Shown here in pieces: positions 34,337 to 48,152 of a DNA stretch of 64,000 bases; position 1 is the first letter of the stretch, and each line of letters begins with the position of its first letter. The notes under the pieces are model-generated. The model was not told the DNA's origin, did not search any database, and was given only the letters and a program-made list of their open reading frames with translations. Origin of the DNA: Botryllus schlosseri (taxonomy: Eukaryota); the NCBI GenBank assembly GCA_051294905.1, contig CM119372.1:20896001-20960000 (forward strand). The letters are read 5' to 3'. Both the position numbers and the translations under genes were made by a program.

Positions 34337-37300
34337 ATGGCGTTTGGTCCGCTGGAAAATTTCCGCAACTTTCTATCTTCGCGCCCGCCTCTTGTTTTGT
34401 TCGTTGTCTGCGTTGGAATGCTCGCGATTGCGTTCATCTCTTACGCGTATTACATCAAGTACAATGACGTATACAATCCAGACATACAAGAGGTAAGTAT
34501 ATCATAACAGTCGTTATCCAGTCAGTCAGTCAGGTTTATTAATATTTTCATCGTTTCAAAACATCACAAGACTGCGATACAATGAAAAGATAGGAAGGTG
34601 TCGAAACAACTTGGAGTAGCCATTAAGATCAGACACCCACCTTAGCCTAGGCGAAGTAAAGAAGAGGCATGCACATTGAATGAAAAGTAATGCAGAGAAT
34701 ATAAGACTCAAGCGACAAAATGGGGTGGCATGTGGCGGAGGGCGAGGTCGTGGTCCGGTAATCCTGAAGACTGGCTAGTATTGATTTAGAAGTAATTGCT
34801 TGTATTTCGACTTGAATGCGGACATGCTCGACGACTGTCGGATAGCCGGCGAGATGCTGTTCCACAATTGGGGTCCAGCATACTTGATAGAGCAATGCGT
34901 TTTCTTGTATTCAGTCCTGATCATATGGTAGTTGAGTAATTCCCTCTCAACATGCAAACGCCCGTCTCCACACCCATTTCAGATCAAATTGAAAATTTTC
35001 ACATCGATCAGGCATTAAATTTGGTGCATAACAATCTTTGTTTCAAGAAAATCGGACAATTCGTTACAGAGTTATTGCAATTAGAAAAATGACATTTTGT
35101 GCTCACTCGGCCGTGACGCTATACCGCTTGGAACCTGTGTGTAATTGTAATTATCTTTATAGTGATCAAATTACTGCCGGGCAGACTTAAATTTCTGTAG
35201 TAAGATATTTTGGTATATGCTTATTGTGATAGACCTAAATTTTTAACTTTACTTATGGGGGTTAGGGGTCAAATGTCAATTCAAAGTCATCATGTTTTCA
35301 AAATCAGCCATGCGTAACAAATATGCAACTCCGCCTAGCGTAATTCTATTTAAACAGATTTTTTCGAGGAAGGTGTCAAATGGAAGCTTGGAAAGAGTAG
35401 GACATTGCTGAATTGGTATTGCATGTGATATTTGACTGCCACTTGTCTAAAACTTAATTGAAAAGATGCGCTCTAAATAGTGCATGACGTGTTCTGCATA
35501 AAGTGTCAAAGTATATTTTTAACCGTGGTCCAATCTTATATTCAATTTATAACCAAGTCTGATGGATTCTAATTGGTAACAGCTTTCATATGACACCTTA
35601 CTTATAAATTTTGAGTTAGATAGAGTCGTGCCAGAGAGTTCGGAAATATCGTCACGCATCACTGATTTTAACATACTGGTATGTCAATTTTCAAATCAAG
35701 ATTTGAACCTTGATCCTGTAATGCGGAGGGGAATTCCTAGTGAGTGAAGAACATGTATTACCAATCATTGCTTACCAGCATTACCCTGATTGGAATCGCT
35801 GGCCTTTTTGCCTGATATATCAGCGGAGCAGCGATGATTTTAAGTTAAAGTAATTTAATAAAAAATAATTAAAAAAATAAATATAGTGTGAGCACAGGAC
35901 ACCGATTCCAAACAGGAGCATTACTACCTGCAGCCTGTATAAGTATGATTTTAGCAGTTAATAATTATACGCAAATTTCATGGTTGAGTGAGCACGAAAT
36001 CCTCATTCTTCATACTGCTGCAATTGCTCAAGAACCGATCAATAAAGTTATATTCTATTCTACTCAGAATTGAGTACTTTAGTTGTACATGATATTGCAG
36101 AGAAATCTGAGAGGGTGTGAAGACGAATTGAAATATTATTTGGATGTTGACTCCAATTACTGATAGTCGGTAAACCCAGAAGCACCCTTGCAAGCATAAT
36201 GCACAGGCAATAAATAAAGGTACTCTCTGAGCATGGCAATAATTATCTACTGAAACACGTTATCATATAACGAGTAGAATAATGGCAAAATCAGATAATC
36301 ACTGAATTAATATAATTAAAATTAATTAAAAAATGACCTATTTTGCATTATGCACCATATTATATTTTTAACCATGTTGCTGTCAAATATCAATAATAAA
36401 ACTATGTTTCGTGCATTCTAGTTGGAAACAGCTTTCAAATGACACCTTGCTTGTGAATTTTGGTTTAAATAGAATTGCACCAGATGAGTTGAAAAATATC
36501 GTTATGCATCACCGATTTTAACATATGCCAATTTTGAAATCGCGTTTTGAACCTTGACCCAATACTGTAGAGCGGGGATATTCGTGGTAAGGGAAGAACA
36601 TGTACCAGCAATTATTGCTAAATAACATTCAAACCTTTACTCTACGTAACCTCTGAGCTATATCAGTTACAATCCTACACAGGTTTTGTGTTACCAAATT
36701 TCATGGTTGAGTAACCACAAAATCATCATTTTTCAAACTGCAATAACTCGAGAGCCGTTCAACGAAATTGTCCGAAATAAATTTCGTTGTACTCAGAACT
36801 AGATACTTTAGTTGTATGTAGATTTAGAGAAAAATCTTGGGGGGGTGTGGAGACGGATTTAAAAAATATTTGCATGTTGACAGGGAATTACTCAGTTGTT
36901 CTTCGTTGACGCGCGTGTGCTGTACTTGTGCGCTTTTGTCTCCGAGGTGAAGTAGTCCTTGAAATTTGAGCGACATTGACCGCAATGGAACTGATGCATA
37001 AACTTGGCAATTTCTAGCTTCCTCATATCTTCTAAGTTTAGAACACCACGTTATGACCTGCCCTATTATGAAGTCGAACTTTGTTCTTTAGAAATTGGAC
37101 AAATTTGCGGAAAATGTCACAAGTCTTAATTTATGCACAAAACTGAGCAACACTTCATGGGTATTGGGGAAGAACTACCAACCTGCCAATTTCACGTTGG
37201 ATGACATCTACATGCATTATAACATGAATGAAACAAAAGAGACGGAGGGATATGGCACTGTCTCATTTCCAGTGACCGTTAGCGTGAGCTTCTTGAAGAG

Positions 37301-39254
37301 GAAGGAGTTGCTCACGAGGCCTATCACAGACTTTGTATCAACATTTCCTGTTTCTCTTCTTGGAGTTCGTGGTGAGCTCATTGTAATCCCAATTATTATT
37401 TGCAAGAAAGCATATTCTCAATACCAGACCATTAATGAAGTATTATTACTTCAAAGTAGATTTTGCCTACTTCGTCACTAAGTTATCTAAGTATGGTACT
37501 GATTTTATCTATTTCATTCTAGACAGTTTTCAGTTTATTGGCCAAGATTGAGCTTAAAATACTTTCTCTTGTTCCTACTTTTATTTTAGTAGAAATTCAC
37601 GATGTTACTTCTACACAAGTACCTACAATGACTAGTTTGACCTTGTCTGCTCACCACTAATATAGGTGAATGTTCTTAGTTGGATCAGATGAGCAATTTT
37701 TGTCCGTAAAATATCCCAACTCCTTGGACAGTTGCCCTTCGTACAATTGTGATTATGGCGTCACTGAATTATTATTCTACCTAGTCGCAGATACTTATCT
37801 AGTTCCAGTTGGGGAATCTTCATCGGCCATGAAGTGTCAGAAATATTACCATACTGTTCTAACTGTAAAGAAGTGACTGATGTTCTAATGTGTAGCAAAA
37901 TGTTTTCCCTGAACTCCAGGGCATGCAGTGAATGTAGCTTTTAGGCGAAAGACCTACTAGCCGTCTACTTTTGATCATGGTTGTAAGGTTAGAGCTGTTC
38001 AAAAATAACTATGTTTTCCGGTTCCGGATTCCGAGGATTCACTGATTGTTTGGTTGTCAAAAAATTGCTACACGACAAATTTGTCTCAATTCACCAGTTG
38101 AAGTGGCCGCAGAGCAAATTGAAATTTTTGAATTTATACGACAAAAATTTTTTCACATTTTAATGTCAACCCCATGAAATTGTCGAGTTGTCTACAGGAA
38201 CGAGCAGAACAAATTTGACGCAATTCCAACCCATAGAAGCAAAGTTAGTTGAGTTTTTCATCAATTTTAGCTGGGATTTCCCACAGCAATGCTATTTTTG
38301 CATATCCCCAACTTTCAACTGCAATAACTTCACTTCTACTAGTTGGAAGTGAGCAGAAATTTTTATGCATCATTCATTTTGGCAACTCAACAATTTCATG
38401 GGGTTGACAGTAAAATTTTGACATTTTTCAAATTTTTTATAATAAATTGAAAAATTTCAATTGGCTCCGCGGCCGCTTATACTTGCTGGAATTGAGCCAA
38501 ATTTGTTTTGCAGCCTTTGTAAACTAACAATTTAATCGATGAATCCCCGGAATCCGGAAACGAAAGTTATTTTTTTGAACTTCCCTACTGCATGGTCATC
38601 GTGCCAGTACCAGCCATGTTGGATATCATACATTACTATTAATCTCTCATTTTAGGCGAGAAAGAGAACATGTCAGTTTCGATGGAAATGGTACCCAAAG
38701 AGCCCGTTAGTTTGGAATGCACCAATGAAGTTTGTCTGGTCGAGTATGACATGTGCACTACGGTCATCGCTCCGGAAGGCTTACTTCCAAACACAAGGTA
38801 AGGATACCTCAATGAAAATCTCACCAATGAGAATCGCAATCTCCTAATCACAGACAACCATATCTCAATGAATGCGCGTTTCCCAAAGACAATTCGTCGC
38901 GTGCCTTCGTTGCTTGGCTGGACGTATCTGCTCCGCCAAACGGAAAGAACGGCCATTCGCTGGCCGAGTGTGAATCGAGCATTCTACTGAAATCCGAGAG
39001 GATCAAGGAACAATTAACAGTTTTGTTGACCTTGGTGGGGAATGGTCCGCTGTGTTACAATAAACTTGAAAGTGACAACAACATTTTCATTGCAGGAGAA
39101 ACGCTCCGAAGTGAATATCCATCTCATGCATGGCAGCTACTTTATATTTGTCGTTATTCTTACTTTTTTATTATTTGGAATATTAACTGGCGGTGGTGAA
39201 CGAAAGCATGCGAGAAATCAAGGAAACCATTACTCCATGGTGAGCGATGTGTAG
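34337..39254 (+). CDS. TMEM248: Transmembrane protein 248
   Basis: Exons 34337-34492, 37092-37371, 38656-38797, 38854-39034, 39096-39254 (alternatively donor after 39239 plus a short last exon). MAFGPLENFRNFLSSRPPLVLF resembles human NPLENLKVYISSRPPLVVF; RSEVNIHLMHGSYFIFV resembles RSLINLHLMHTSYFLFV. Phases are consistent. Confidence 0.9.
34530..37045 (-). mobile_element. CR1/L2 3' fragment in TMEM248 intron 1, split by the Sola-like element
   Basis: 34530-34933 and 36894-37045 join to match ~18750-19305 (SIKYAGPQLWNSI). Confidence 0.85.
34934..36893. mobile_element. Sola2-like non-autonomous DNA transposon
   Basis: GAGTAATTCCCTCTCAACATGCAAA..TTTGCATGTTGACAGGGAATTACTC; 4-bp TSD agtt (34930-34933 / 36894-36897); internal direct repeats. 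Confidence 0.8.
37991..38586. mobile_element. Palindromic MITE in TMEM248 intron 2
   Basis: Imperfect ~200-bp inverted arms (gttcaaaaataact..ttccggattcc / ggaatccggaa..agttatttttttgaac). Confidence 0.7.
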
Positions 39255-39963
39255 TGTTGGTCCCAAGCTGGGACTTGACTCTGTCTATACCAGTAGTTTC
39301 CAATGTTTTTCTGTCTATACCAGTAGTTTATGTTTTTCAACTCGTCGCCCCCTTTCAATCTCTACATAGATTTTTGCCCCCCATATTTACGGATCTGAAA
39401 AAGAGGACACATAATCGGGAAATTTATTCACCTAACTCCGATCGCTGGTGCATTAACCGAAAGTAAAGGCCATTTTTGTGAGGTAACTGGTGCTCGGAAA
39501 ACTGGTTTCCGCTCCTACCTTCCGTTGAGTTGACCTTTTCAGTAGGCTTACTCTAAAAAATCATGCCCACTCCTTCACTCGAACTGTCTCAAATGCTAGA
39601 TTCACATTCGAGAATCTTTCATGGGTAGTTCCAAGCTCGAAATAATGATCTACCACTCAGGTCTGTGGAAATGCGCCCGGCAAACGACAGTATTCACAGT
39701 GTAATTGTGGAACAATTGGAAGGACTTATTTGCTATGCCCCGCTATTCCATAAGCTCATGTAACATATAACTTTACTATTGCAGATGGGATCCATCGCGC
39801 CATGAGCACCAGAGGGTCGGCCCAAGGGCACTTCGGCATACTGAAGTTCACTCCCAACCCACGCTGAGCTTCGTGAAATTAGATTCTATTATTTATAGAT
39901 AGCGGAAAGTATATCTTAACAGCTGCAATTCCAAAAATGTACTAAACATATTTTATTGTGCGA

Positions 39964-41595
39964 TCACTGATCCGTTTTAGGAGCGCCAAACACGTCGGGC
40001 ATCCTTTCGATAGTATATTTATGTTGACTAATATACATAATAGGAACGCCTGGTACTTTCCGTATGCGTCGTTTCAGATCTCTGTCGCATGTCGCCACTA
40101 TGTAACACTTGTGCTGTTTGACTCTTTGCACCAAACAGTCATCTGCGTACGTCCCTTTGTGCAGGCAGGGCAGCCTTTCGAAGCGGGGATCTTTTGCAAT
40201 GCGCAGTGCGACACGGTACTTGGGTCCGAGTTTTTCCAGCTCGGCCATAACACAGTCTGTGATGTAAGGCGTGCATTTCGCGAATAGGCAGTCCATCAGC
40301 GATCTCATAATGTCCAACTTGTTCTTTATTGAAAAGTTGATGAAATTGGTATCGATCTGAAAGTGTGTAAGCATTGTATAGGCAATGGTATTAATATGGT
40401 CAGACTGCAAATCTTTTGCTTACTCACCAGAATGTGGTAAGGCGGCCCGAGCTGTTCGTTATATTGGAGAAATAATGCTGAAGAATTTTGTGGCACGTGC
40501 CGTTCTATCACTCCACCGCTCATCAGAAACTCTTTCCTCTTCTTCGCTTCTTTTTCTGGTTCTTTTTTCCTCTTTTCTTTAGCAATTCTGGGATCTTTCG
40601 AACTTAGCATTCGTTTCATTTCCGCAAATTTCCTGGTCTTTCTTGCCTTGCCCTGTAGTGCAGGATTCCGAATTAAATACGCTGCCAGGCGGCAACAAGG
40701 TTAGAGAGATTCAGCAGGATTCAATATTAGCATTAAACCCTGTTACCTAGTAATTGACTACGATGAGGGGTGGGGTATCTGAAGACTCAAGTTGAATCAA
40801 GCTATTTCCACCCCATCATAGCAAGCCTAACTCTCTCATGCTCACACGTCACTACAGGGCCACGGGAAGATCAAATGTTTTCACACGAAAAATCATGCTT
40901 TCGAAAAATCATGCTTTGTTAACAGGTCTGCTAAAGGTGCAGCATACCGTAACCTACTATTCGACTTTGGGATGAGATGATAGTTAACATCAGATATATC
41001 AAATTCTACTGAATACATACTAGTTGACACATGACAGCATGAGATTTTCGGACAATTTAAAATATCAATTTTATTTTGCCTGTCAGCTCACACCTATATC
41101 CCAATATGGAATATGTGTCTTGTGCACCTCAAGGACTATGCTGACTACACACAGGTGTGACGCTGACAACCGTCTTGGCCTGATTGGAATAGTTGGCCTT
41201 TTTGCCTGATATATCAGGGGAGCAGCGATGATTTTCCAAGTTAAAAGTAATTTAATAAAAAATATTTAAAAAATAAAACGTAGTGTGAGCACAGGACACC
41301 GATTCCAAACAGGCGTCTTGGCACACCAAATATATTACGCTAAACGTGTGGTACACCGGCATTCCAACCCTGCCTATATCTTTTCGTTTAATGGCAATCT
41401 TGTGTATTGAACTAACAAAATTTATAATAAACTGAACTGACACTGAATAGTATATTCATAGTGAAATGAACCCGAATATTTTCGTCAGCAACTAGAGAAT
41501 TGGAAGGAACATTGTATATCAACCAACAATCGTACCACAAAATATGACACTGTAATATGGAGATACCGGACTATTACAAGTTCCAGTCTTACCAT
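39964..41595 (-). CDS. FCF1: rRNA-processing PIN-domain nuclease FCF1/UTP24
   Basis: Putative ATG-only first coding exon 41595-41593 (ATG|gtaag), then 40652-40428 ([24 protein letters not shown]) and 40356-39964 ([45 protein letters not shown]). Confidence 0.95.
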
Positions 41596-41971
41596 AATCT
41601 TCAATATCGTTTCCTCCGCCGTACACAATTGAGTTTGAGAATGAATACTTAGCAAGAACACAGACCCGTTAAATGACACCGTCCATACAGCAAAGCGTCG
41701 CAGTCTGGCAGTCAGCTTCCAAACTCCAGCCACCCGAGCCTCATGTGACGCATGAATGATTACAGTTATCAGACCTTCGGGGCGGGCAACACAAACTGAA
41801 CAACGAACATACTGACCGCTGACACTTGATAATGTGACCCGCGGGTCTTTAGACAGTTGCGTACAAACATCTATGACCATGAATATTACCAAGACAAAGC
41901 TGCGTTCCAGTCTAATTGATGTTCACATCCACGCTCTATACTACGGGGTTCTATATATAGCAGTGGTTGAA

Positions 41972-42130
41972 CCGGCAAGACAGCGTAATGGTTAAGCGTC
42001 CGGCTTCTTGATCGGTAGGTCGTGGGTTCGATTCCCGGCCGGGTCAGACCAAAGACCTGATTAGTAACACTGGTATCCATGGCTTCCCTGCTTGGCGCTC
42101 ATGCATTACTGGGATAGCATGGAGGGGTGG
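41972..42130 (+). mobile_element. tRNA-derived SINE
   Basis: A-box-like agcgtaatggttaagcg and B-box ggttcgattcc, followed by a non-tRNA body (cagaccaaagac..gcttccctgcttggcgctca). A degenerate reverse relative lies at ~54700-54885. Confidence 0.8.
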
Positions 42131-42924
42131 TGCATGACTTAAAAAGCCGTAAAGGCTATATCTGCACTTCCTTGTCCAGCGGCATATGCACAATTGCACA
42201 TCATGCACTCATGGTACGCATATACGCAGATCGTGTGTATGTGTATCATGAGTCGGTGTATATGCCGCAAAAACATCAAGGACAAAAAGAAACTACGTCC
42301 TGTCCTTAGTGGTTATCAACCTTTTTGTCTTCGGACCGTCACGGACCCCCGCGGACCCACACGAAGTTTTAGTTCAAATTTAGCTCAATTATCGTGCAAT
42401 TGTCCTTTGTCTTGTGCAAATGATGGCTGTAGGCTTGGTGATAAACAGCAACAAAATGACTTTTCTTGAAAATATGATCATAGCCTACTATTCATGTAGA
42501 AATTGGGTTGACCTCTATTATTTCAAAGCGAAATCAGCAACTCTATTTCGATTTGGTATGAACGAGTGCCGAAAATTCATTTCCATAAATATGGGTGTCA
42601 CTGGCGAATGTAATAATAACGCAAAACGCATCCGACGACACATTTGGGCATGATCGCAACAAATATGGCACCAAAATTGACAAACAATTTTTTTTAATTG
42701 AACATATAACGTGAAGCCTGGTCATTTCTATCTAGCAGCTTAACTTTAGGTTATTATGGGAAAATGGTTGCGTGCATCAGGAGAAATGGATGTACGTAAA
42801 CATTTCGAAGTCACCGTGATTGCTGACCTTACTCACCACAATCCCCAACAAAACATCTCTTAACAGCAAAATATTTGTATCAGTAGGCTATTGGCGATTT
42901 AGCAATTAAAATGTGTCTGCACAG

Positions 42925-43921
42925 CAGTGTTGGGATGACTCGAGTCATGACTTGAATCGAGTCAGACTCGAGTCACTTTTTCGTATGACTTGACTTGACT
43001 CGAGTCACTTTGCAAAAATGACTTGACTTGACTTGACTCGACGTTTCAAAAATGCAGATTGACTCGTGACTCGGAGCAAAATTTACGAGTCAATTTCAAG
43101 TCATCAAGTATTTTGTGTGCCGATAAAAAAACGCCGTATCTTTTATATGTTCGGATTGATCTCGATACGCTGGCGTGCCCGTGACCTCTGGGAGCGACCA
43201 ATTTCATTCATTGAATGAATTCACGTTGTACTGAACCTCCGTTGTTCTATCACAAATAAATTGATCGCAAACGAAGTGATTTGAGCATACAACGTACGTT
43301 GTCGTTAACTAGCAGGAAAGCAATATGATAGCTAAGTATCCATCGCCGTTCTGTAGAATGGTCGGTCATCGGTGCCCGGTGCTCAACTTAACCAAACCTC
43401 TTGTATGATTTATATTGAATTCGAATATAGTTTATATTACTCGTCCACCGTTAGCACAGGCTTAAATTGTATCCCATGGATATGTAATTGGGTCGTGCAT
43501 CATATTACTTCCTTTCAACTATCTGAGGTTTCGCATTCTATTCTCTGTTTTGGCGGATGATTATAGATGTAGGGTATACCGTTACTTACGTAGTTAACCA
43601 ATTTTAGACATGTGTGAGCTATACAACGCCTTTCGTCTGTCTATTTAGTTTTATATTCGGTCCGCGATTTAAAATCAATGGTGAATGCAATGACTTTATC
43701 ATACCTCGTACTTCGAAAAAGCAACTTGACTTGAATTGTGACTTGACTCGTGACTTGACTTGACTTGACTCGACTTGACTCGAGTCACCTCCAAAAATCG
43801 AGTGACTTGACTTGACTCAAGTCACTTTCAAAAATCAATTGACTTGACTTGACTCGAGTCACAATGAGCAATGACTCGAGATGACTTGTGACTCGAAGGT
43901 AGTGACTTGATCCCAACACTG
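42925..43921. mobile_element. Non-autonomous hAT element (gactt/gactcgagtc repeats)
   Basis: CAGTGTTGGGAT..ATCCCAACACTG; TSD ctgcacag (42917-42924 / 43922-43929). Reverse remnants of the same family at ~58395-58600 and ~61360-61447. Confidence 0.93.
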
Positions 43922-44011
43922 CTGCACAGTAGGATATTTCATCTCAGCTGGCCATACTGTTGATGTGAGCTTTGGAGTTTTACTTGTAATGAAGCAAAAC
44001 TGCCTCGTGAT

Positions 44012-47000
44012 CAGGGCTGTGGAGTCGGAGTCGGAGGAGTCGGAGTCGGAGTTTGACTAATTTTCGCTTGATGGAGTCGGATTCGGAGTCGTGAAAACTG
44101 TAGTGGCTGGATTCGGAGTCGGAGTCGTGGAAAAAATACTGACTGGAGTCGGAGACGGAGTTTGTGAAAATGACCCTGACATCGACTCCGACTCCGGCTC
44201 CACTTCTTTATCATGAAAACAATTGCTTTCAGAGGTATCTTTAAATTACTAATAATAACTATAATAGGATTTTTATGTACCATCAATCACTGTTATGAGT
44301 GACGACACAGACGAGGAGCGGCCAAACCGTGCCCCACAGGCCAAATGGGGCCCGCGAGAAGGATATGTGTGGCCTGCGACGTAATTTTCGAAATTAGATA
44401 TATCACCAGATAAAATTGCCCGGCCAACCAAAATTAGGTTAGCCTGACCGCGAAATTTGATGGTGACTAAAACACTAGTTTCGACGCATTGGCGTAACGG
44501 AGGGGCCAGCCACATTTATCGCAGATCTTCGTATATGACCAGAACGTAGAATATTCCGTAGCAGATTTAGTTGACTTGAAATTTTCTCTTAGCACTTTGC
44601 AAGATTTATTGTCACATTAATCGCATTTAGTATTAGAACCCTTCCTGAGAATTAAAAATACGCGTTATTTACAGAATTGAGTCCAACTATACTCGCAATT
44701 ATATAGGGGAAAACGTGTCGTCCAACATGCGACTTCGTTTGTGCGCTCCAAGCGAGATCGTCGGCGATGAAACATTTGCACAAAATGACAGAGGCATATC
44801 CATCGAAACCGTCGATATTGCGATGTTTAAAACGCCAAATAATCCTATCCTCGCCAAATGAGCCCACTGCTATACAGAGCAGACATGGGGTGATTACTTC
44901 GTGAATGTAATCGATTGCGATTACGATTACTTCTGAATGACGCGATTACGATTACGATTACGATTACAGCAAAATCAGGAAGTAGTCGATTACGATTACG
45001 ATTACATTGGAAAAGTAATCACGATTACTCACGATTAGGCTACACATATTTTGCATCTTACAAGTTATATCGGAAGACAATATATGGATTGCGTTGAAAA
45101 GGCCTAATGAGATAACAACTTTCTTTAAAAAAAAGATGCGACATTTGGCTGTTACGTCATAAAGTACCCATTGCCCATTTTATATTGAACGATTTATCGC
45201 ACCCAACGATTTGCCTTCTTTCCAGGTCCACAACAAACAGGGATATCTAGACTAGTAGAGTAGTCTAGATATCCCTGACTCCTAATTTCCTAATAGGGTG
45301 GGAAACGAGCTCGAAGGGGACTCAAAAGTATTTCGTAAACCAACACAAATTATAGACTATTTTCGAGAGATTTCATGAACTTGGAAATTGTCTACGAGCA
45401 TCGCGATGTAAATGTCTCTAGATAGCTTGATTTTGAAATACATAGCCTACGTCTCCTCCCCATGAAAAAAGCATGTATAATTTATAGTAACATACATTTA
45501 GGCCCCATTCAATACCGCGCCACGACACACGAAAACACATATGCAGTTTCGGCCAACATGCGAATCCACGAACTGTGCTACAAATGAAAGACATTCGTCG
45601 AAACTTGGGGTATGTGTCCATTGTCAATAGCCGCGCTGGGTGGGCGTGACTAATAGTCCGGTCCTTCCAATCTAAGCCCCCAATGCAAATGCCACCCGGG
45701 CACCCACAGAGCATTAAAGATAAGGCAATTTGTGTGTGCGTCTCACGCAAGTATTAATGTTGGTCTGCTAAGTTTTGGCCATAACAATATCTTTTGATTA
45801 TATAACAGACCGGAGGTCTCGAATTAACATCATACCCTAAAGTAATTATTACAAGATGGGCCTACAAGATGTTATAATTGGGAATTACGTGCTCCCAGCT
45901 CTTCAGGTAAGTCAGATAATCGGGGGCTGAGAGAGGAATAAAAATGAATTGTAATATAATGCAATTACCAATATTATTGATGAAATTAAATCTTCATCTT
46001 GAAAATTAGCTACCCGATAGGGGCCCAAGACCAACGTTTGGAGTGGGGGATCATATTCGCTGTTTTCGTTCCATTTCTTGCTACAACCCACGCTGACATT
46101 GTATATAAGCAGGTGGCTATGGCGGCAGCTCCAAATGTTGAGTAAAGAATTGTGAAATAACGGTGCCCGTTTCAAGCAAAATCATATTAGAATAAGAGAA
46201 AGTGAACATACAATTCTGCCTGTAACTTAATACAGATAATGTAATGCAAGCGGCCATCACGAGAAACGGCTCGGTTATGATATATATGAGCAGCTGTTGA
46301 TTTTTAATGCTTCGTCGTGCAAACCGTAATGTTTTATTTGACGAGTAGGCTACAAAATTTCAAACTTTTGTCCGGTGTACGTTCGTAATACATAGGCGTA
46401 CTGCTCGCCAAGCAGCAACGGTCAAACTGCGTTTAACTATAAGCATAACATCACTACAAAAGTTACTATTTTAAACTAGGCATAGTGGTGATTAATTATC
46501 CTGCTGCGAGGTAGTGGCGTCTGGAATGTATTGATAACCAGTTCTTACAATCACACCAATGTTCACCGAATATCTAGTCACTATATGTGGATAGCTGGAT
46601 ACTTCTTACGCGATGACGAGCAAAGCTAATACGCCACTTCTGACGTAATAATGAGCAATAGCATTTGAAAATTTGACGTTTGTGCTATCATCACTAACTG
46701 GTATAATACCTCTTCCTTGTTCACGAATGTTCAGTTTATGTCATAGTCCTGTACAAGTCAAAAGTATAATCGTTCTTTCACAAAGAAATCGATTAAATAT
46801 GGGAAGCAGTCGATTACGATTACGATTACTTCTGAATTTTCTCGAATGTAATCGATTGCGATTACGATTACTTGAAAATGCTGTAATCGTCGTAATCGAT
46901 TACGATTACTAATCGCGATTACCCCATGTCTGATACAGAGACGATCCCAAATATATGAAAGAAATATATTTATTGATCTAATTCATTCATTACCTTTGAA

Positions 47001-48152
47001 AACATTTTGTTCTTCGCGCGACCAGGCATGACTGCACAATGCACAGTGCCACTCTACAGTTGCACAGAGTTTTCATGACATAATTGTTATCGATGTTGAA
47101 GCGTAGTCATATAAGATTTGTTTTCAATGTTACCTAATTCGGTTCGTTCCTATCGGACGACTAAAAAAAGGTTATCCACATTCAAATTGCCCGCGCAATG
47201 GTTCGTAAATCGCAGGTGGCCCTTTGAACGAAACGGTTGGCCAAACCTGACATAGATAGAATTGGGCATTATTTGCAATTCAGTTGCATAGAGGAAGAAA
47301 GAAGCAATATGCATCTTCGCGATGCAGTCACAAATTGAAGCGATTTTTGATATTATACCATGATATTGTGACAGAGCAAATATATCGTCTGGTTGTAAAA
47401 TTGATGCAAATATAACCAAACGCTCCTTCCCACTTGATAAAATTAAAAATAATTGTAGTGTAGCTTAGCTGCTTGGGTCGAACAAATGATTAAGAAAGAT
47501 TGCAAGTCCTAGTCCTTGAATGTTTGACGAAGTGCATGTAGACAAGACATATGCTATTTGAGAACTTCCTAAATTTCGTTTATGACAAATGTCTATTAGT
47601 AGTGAGAGTGTGTGTTGATGTAATCAGTACAGTGTGTAATGAGAATATTAGTAAGATGCATCTCTGTATTAGTTGCTGACTCATACACAAGAGCAACACT
47701 ATTAGGATATTAGAGAGTCCATGTTATAAAATCTTTTAAAATATGAAAGAAGGAAAAATATTTAGAAATGCATTCTTTCACGTTAATTGCATAGCGAATA
47801 ATTCGAGCTGTGCCACAATGAAACAATTTTGCATGCCATCGTTCATCATATGTTTGCATATGTTTATTGGTTATATGATAGTCATTTAAACGTCACTATG
47901 GCATATAATTTTCGAAGTAAATTGGTAATGCTGTTGGAGTCGGAGTTGTAGTCTGAGTCGGAAATTCTCTTAAGAAAATAGTCAGAGTCGGAGCCTGAGT
48001 CGGAGTCGGTAGTCGGTCAGTAGATGGAGTCGGAGTCGGCATATTGAAAATGTGTGGAGTTGGAGTTGGAGTTGGAGTCGGTATAATGAAAATGTTTGGA
48101 ATCGGAGTCGGAGTTGGAGTTGATGGCAAAATTTACCGACTTCACAGTCCTG
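44012..48152. mobile_element. Non-autonomous hAT-like element (ggagtc repeats) with nested insertions
   Basis: CAGGGCTGTGGAGTCGG..CCGACTTCACAGTCCTG; ggagtc arrays at 44020-44200 and 47935-48125; TSD not clearly preserved. Confidence 0.65.
44880..46932. mobile_element. Nested non-autonomous hAT element (cgatta repeats)
   Basis: CAGACATGGGGT..ACCCCATGTCTG; TSD atacagag (44872-44879 / 46933-46940). Confidence 0.93.

Noticed and set aside
41972..42045. tRNA gene
   Set aside because: Has A and B boxes, but no clean acceptor stem or T-run terminator, and it continues into a SINE-like body.
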